Assembly: GCA_051294375.1 (NCBI GenBank)
Contig: CM119265.1
Coordinates: forward strand, 20,182,966-20,246,965
Direction: 5' to 3'
DNA: 64,000 bases
DNA from: Paraspadella gotoi
Lineage: Eukaryota > Animalia > Chaetognatha
In this document: positions 60,961 through 64,000 of the stretch, piece after piece
How positions within the stretch are numbered: the first letter of the stretch is position 1
How the letters are laid out: every line of letters begins with the position of its first letter
Position numbers and translations under genes: made by a program
Notes under the pieces: model-generated
What the model saw: only the letters and a program-made list of their open reading frames with translations
The model's database searches: none
Told to the model about the DNA's origin: nothing

Positions 60961-61891
60961 AAATTTTTGTTAAATTCTATAAAGAAAACAATTTTGGATA
61001 TGGTTCGGCTTCAAGGTAAGCCTTCATCAGTGCAAAACGAATTGAGTTGTGAAAAAATATTTTTACAGATTCTCTACAAATTTATAAATTTGTTTCTTAT
61101 AACTTTGTATAATTCATTTTCTACCTCAAACAAATAATGCAACGAAATGAAAGGAAAAATAATAGTTTTGTTATATTTTTTAAACGGTTAGCAATTAAGT
61201 TAAAGGAGGTTAAGGATTAGGGGTGGTTAGGGATAGTTAGTATTGGGGATTAGGGATAGTAAGGGTTGGGATTAGGGGTAGTAAGGGTTAAGCCTTAACT
61301 TAAGGGAGGTTGTGAAATGAAATTTATAATAAAAAGTTTTTTTACCTTTACCAGTATCCTTTTTTTATTGTTGCGTTACAAGCTCTTTATACGTCGCTCA
61401 TAAGAAGCGAAAAACAAATCACCGACCGCAAAATCCCGGTCGACGAATGTAAAAGTTAGCCCTATTTGTTTATCCCCCCTTGAATAAAACTACTAGAATG
61501 GATTTGATTGACTTATAATTTTTCTTTTTAAATAAAAACATCTTTTAGTGAAAACCTAGATCCGTTCTATACAAATTGAACATGATTAATTTTTAACTGG
61601 GGTTTCGACGAAACGCTAAACACTGAATTCCAGATTGTTTTGAATCTAAATAAAATAGCTAAACTGTGCCTTTTGTTGTCAGCGTTTTAAACTTCATTAT
61701 TTTCATGAAAATAAATCTCTTCTCCTAATAATGAAATAATAATAACGAAATGATTATGTACACGATGAAGAGTCAATAAAGTTTACTGAACGTCGCCAAA
61801 TCATATAGCCAGCTGCCAGTGATCTATCATTCGTCACAAGACTCGTCAAGAGCTTTGTGTTCATTAGTGAAACAAAAGAGAAAGTTGAATT

Positions 61892-63316
61892 TTAACAATT
61901 TCCGACCCAGGTGATGCGATCGTGAACTCGTGAATCTGTAGCTACTCCGAAAGGTGAGGGAGCTTTTCTTAGCCATGGTGTATTTCGTCGGAAACCGTAC
62001 GTGCCTGGAATTGGGAAAGTTAATATAACTTTTCAATCTGCCGACAGAAGGCTTCGTATTATAAAATGAGGTCCTGTTTTTTTTTTGTGACCAGAATCCA
62101 TTTTGGTGGTAATAAACCGTTTTTGTGGAAGAGTAAACGTATATGCACCTGTTCAAAATTTTTAAAAAATTATGGCCTTTATGGGTGACCCTCTGGGGTA
62201 AAATATTATAATTCGTCTTATTAGTTCTATTGTTGTACTGTATCCTTTAGGGATCGAAGTTGCCAAATTTAAACAAATTTGGTCGAGTAGCTTTTCCTGA
62301 ACCGATTCTAGTTATAGAAAACCACGTTGTGACTGTTAAATGGGACGAGGTTCTGATCGAGAATGATTTATTCTCCAAGAAATATAAAATCAATTAGTGA
62401 AAAAGCTTAGTCAAAAACAGTAAACGAACTGGGTTAACTTTACAAAGGAACCGGCTGACAGCCTTGAAAGAGTCAATGATGACCCTTGGTGACCTTGGTG
62501 ACTGATCGCCGATAGGGTGAGAGAGGGAGAGAGAAAGAGAGAGTTCGACCAGAGATCTTGATATAATAAGAAGCCTTCTGAAGTAATATATTTGGGAATC
62601 TTATCTATGAATGATCATTGATCAAGGCTTAAAAATGATTTTAATTTATCCAATATCATCTTCCTGTGGCTCAAAACGCACTTCATTCAGTCTTCGCCTT
62701 CGCCTTCGCCTTCGCCTTCGCATCATTCAAACCGTGCCTTCTGATTGAAAATTTACTACTAAATATAAGAGCATAGAATGTACCATTCCATCCACAAAAT
62801 GGTTTTGTCCGAAAAAGCCAAGCTCCGTGGCCTGATGTGGTATCGAAGGCCAAGCCAGAACCGTGACGGTTTCTGTTGGCCAAATATCGATATCCTGGTC
62901 CTTTTTCTTGAAAGTGATCCATTCCAAAGCCTTGTTTTACCATGCCGACACCAGCTTCCCATGAGGTTCCTTCTTTGTCTTGATTATAAAACCTAAAGTT
63001 CGGAGAAACTAAAGATTACGTATATCCAATGCGGAAATTGGTACATTTTAGCGCCCGTTTACCTTAATGCTTGTTTCACTACGGGCAATTCAAAGTAAGT
63101 TTTCACGTGCTTGTCCCTCTGGGAATTGTAAGGTGGGATGATGGTGCCCCACTTGGGATTGGTGGCCGAGTAGTCGTTGGCTATAGATCGAACCGCCACG
63201 CAATCCAGTATCCATGATTTCTCACCATGCTCCTTTGCGGAGGGAGGCGGAGTTGGAGGAACGCGGTATAATTTGTTAATGTTTCCTTTATTTTTGTACA
63301 AGTTTGGTTCACCCAT
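61892..63316 (-). CDS. C17orf98/SPMAP1-like (sperm microtubule-associated) protein, three exons (~63316-63063, ~62993-62784, 62004-61892)
   Basis: EKSWILDCVAV...PKWGTIIPPYNSQRDKH; GPGYRYLANRNRHGSG...GH; GWNGTYGFRRNTPWLR...FG, matching recalled C17orf98 blocks (EKGFILDGVAV, IPPYNAQQD, YLNRRN, GFNGRFGYRRNTP). Confidence 0.8.
62045..62580. mobile_element. Degenerate MITE of the same family as 29587-29967
   Basis: Left end CAGAAGGCTTCGTATTATAAAATGAGGT...TGTGACCAGAATC; right end ...GAAGCCTTCTG; TA flanks decayed. Confidence 0.75.
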
Positions 63317-64000
63317 TTCCTTAAATTAAAAAAGATTCAAACGAGAAAGAAATTTTTTATTGTCATTGAAATAAGTTTCTTTTAGAATAAGTGAAGCTAA
63401 TGCTCTTAACATCCAAGTCGCATACTATTTTTATTTTGTTCATCGTGAAAATTATAAGAAATTAAAGTTTTTTTTTTATTCGTAAGCATTTTCACTTAAA
63501 GTTCTGTTCTTCTTTGCTTATGTCAAGTGGTTTAAAAGATATCATTTTTTAAACTTTAGTATTCTAAAACCAAAAAAAAATTAAGTTTTATAACTTTAAA
63601 ATTATTATTCATCGTATTTTTTAATAATTTTAAAATATTATTTAGGATCTTAATCCAGTTATCCTGCTATCCTTCCGGATATTTAGTATAATTTTTTAAA
63701 AATTTTAATCTAATATAACTATTATTTAGAATTTTGTTTATTACAAACAATGGATTTGTTTTTAATTTAAAAAGAAAAAAATTACACGTTTTGGCTTATT
63801 ATTTTTGCACTGATGGAAGCTATCATACTAGCCAAAGCATTTTTTTTTTCTTTGAAAATAAAAACAAATCCGTTATTTTTAAACAAAATAAAACTTTATT
63901 TAATTCTAATCTAATATAAAAAATAAAAAATATAAGAAAAAAATAATCTTTAATCAAATTTTATCATATTCAGATTTGCGGTAGAGTGAGAAATCATTAC

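Larger units (their letters stand above)
54530..61339. repeat. Second copy of 47663-54504 (partial XPR1 plus HBS1-like gene), indel-rich; probable false duplication or alternate haplotype
   Basis: Near-identical sequence starting exactly at the gap; many 1-bp indels fragment the ORFs. Confidence 0.93.

Noticed and set aside
54530-61339. Apparent XPR1 and HBS1-like pseudogene pair as a real duplication
   Set aside because: Breakpoint coincides with an N gap and the differences are dominated by 1-bp indels typical of unpolished sequence.

Overview
Compact, gene-dense animal genomic DNA with short AT-rich spliceosomal introns and GC/CpG-rich exons. The dominant structure is a run of 19 recognisable housekeeping genes, plus one orphan ORF, all on the minus strand from ~43030 to ~3238: LACTB2, RAB1, AGA, NUP107, C19orf25-like, COX11, MIPEP, SLC25A11, UFD1, a small membrane protein, DYM, SERBP1, NUP43, ALG12, PRPF18, PTGR3, a SELENOW2/MIEN1 selenoprotein, PSMA6 and a glutaredoxin. 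Many stop-to-ATG spacers are only ~95-330 nt and contain a splice acceptor with no apparent donor. This is the signature expected of eukaryotic operons resolved by spliced-leader trans-splicing (inference; needs RNA data). The window also holds a UGA-recoded CxxU selenoprotein with a clear SECIS, a CaaX box and a GC-AG intron. Other genes are a SIRT3-like gene, XPR1, an HBS1-N/SKI7-like gene with no visible GTPase domain, a C17orf98/SPMAP1 homologue and a DUF1647-like gene. Repeats include MITEs and a tRNA-derived SINE. A ~6.8 kb duplication across an N gap is probably an assembly artefact. Gene names are from recalled protein motifs, not database searches; exon boundaries were read by eye.
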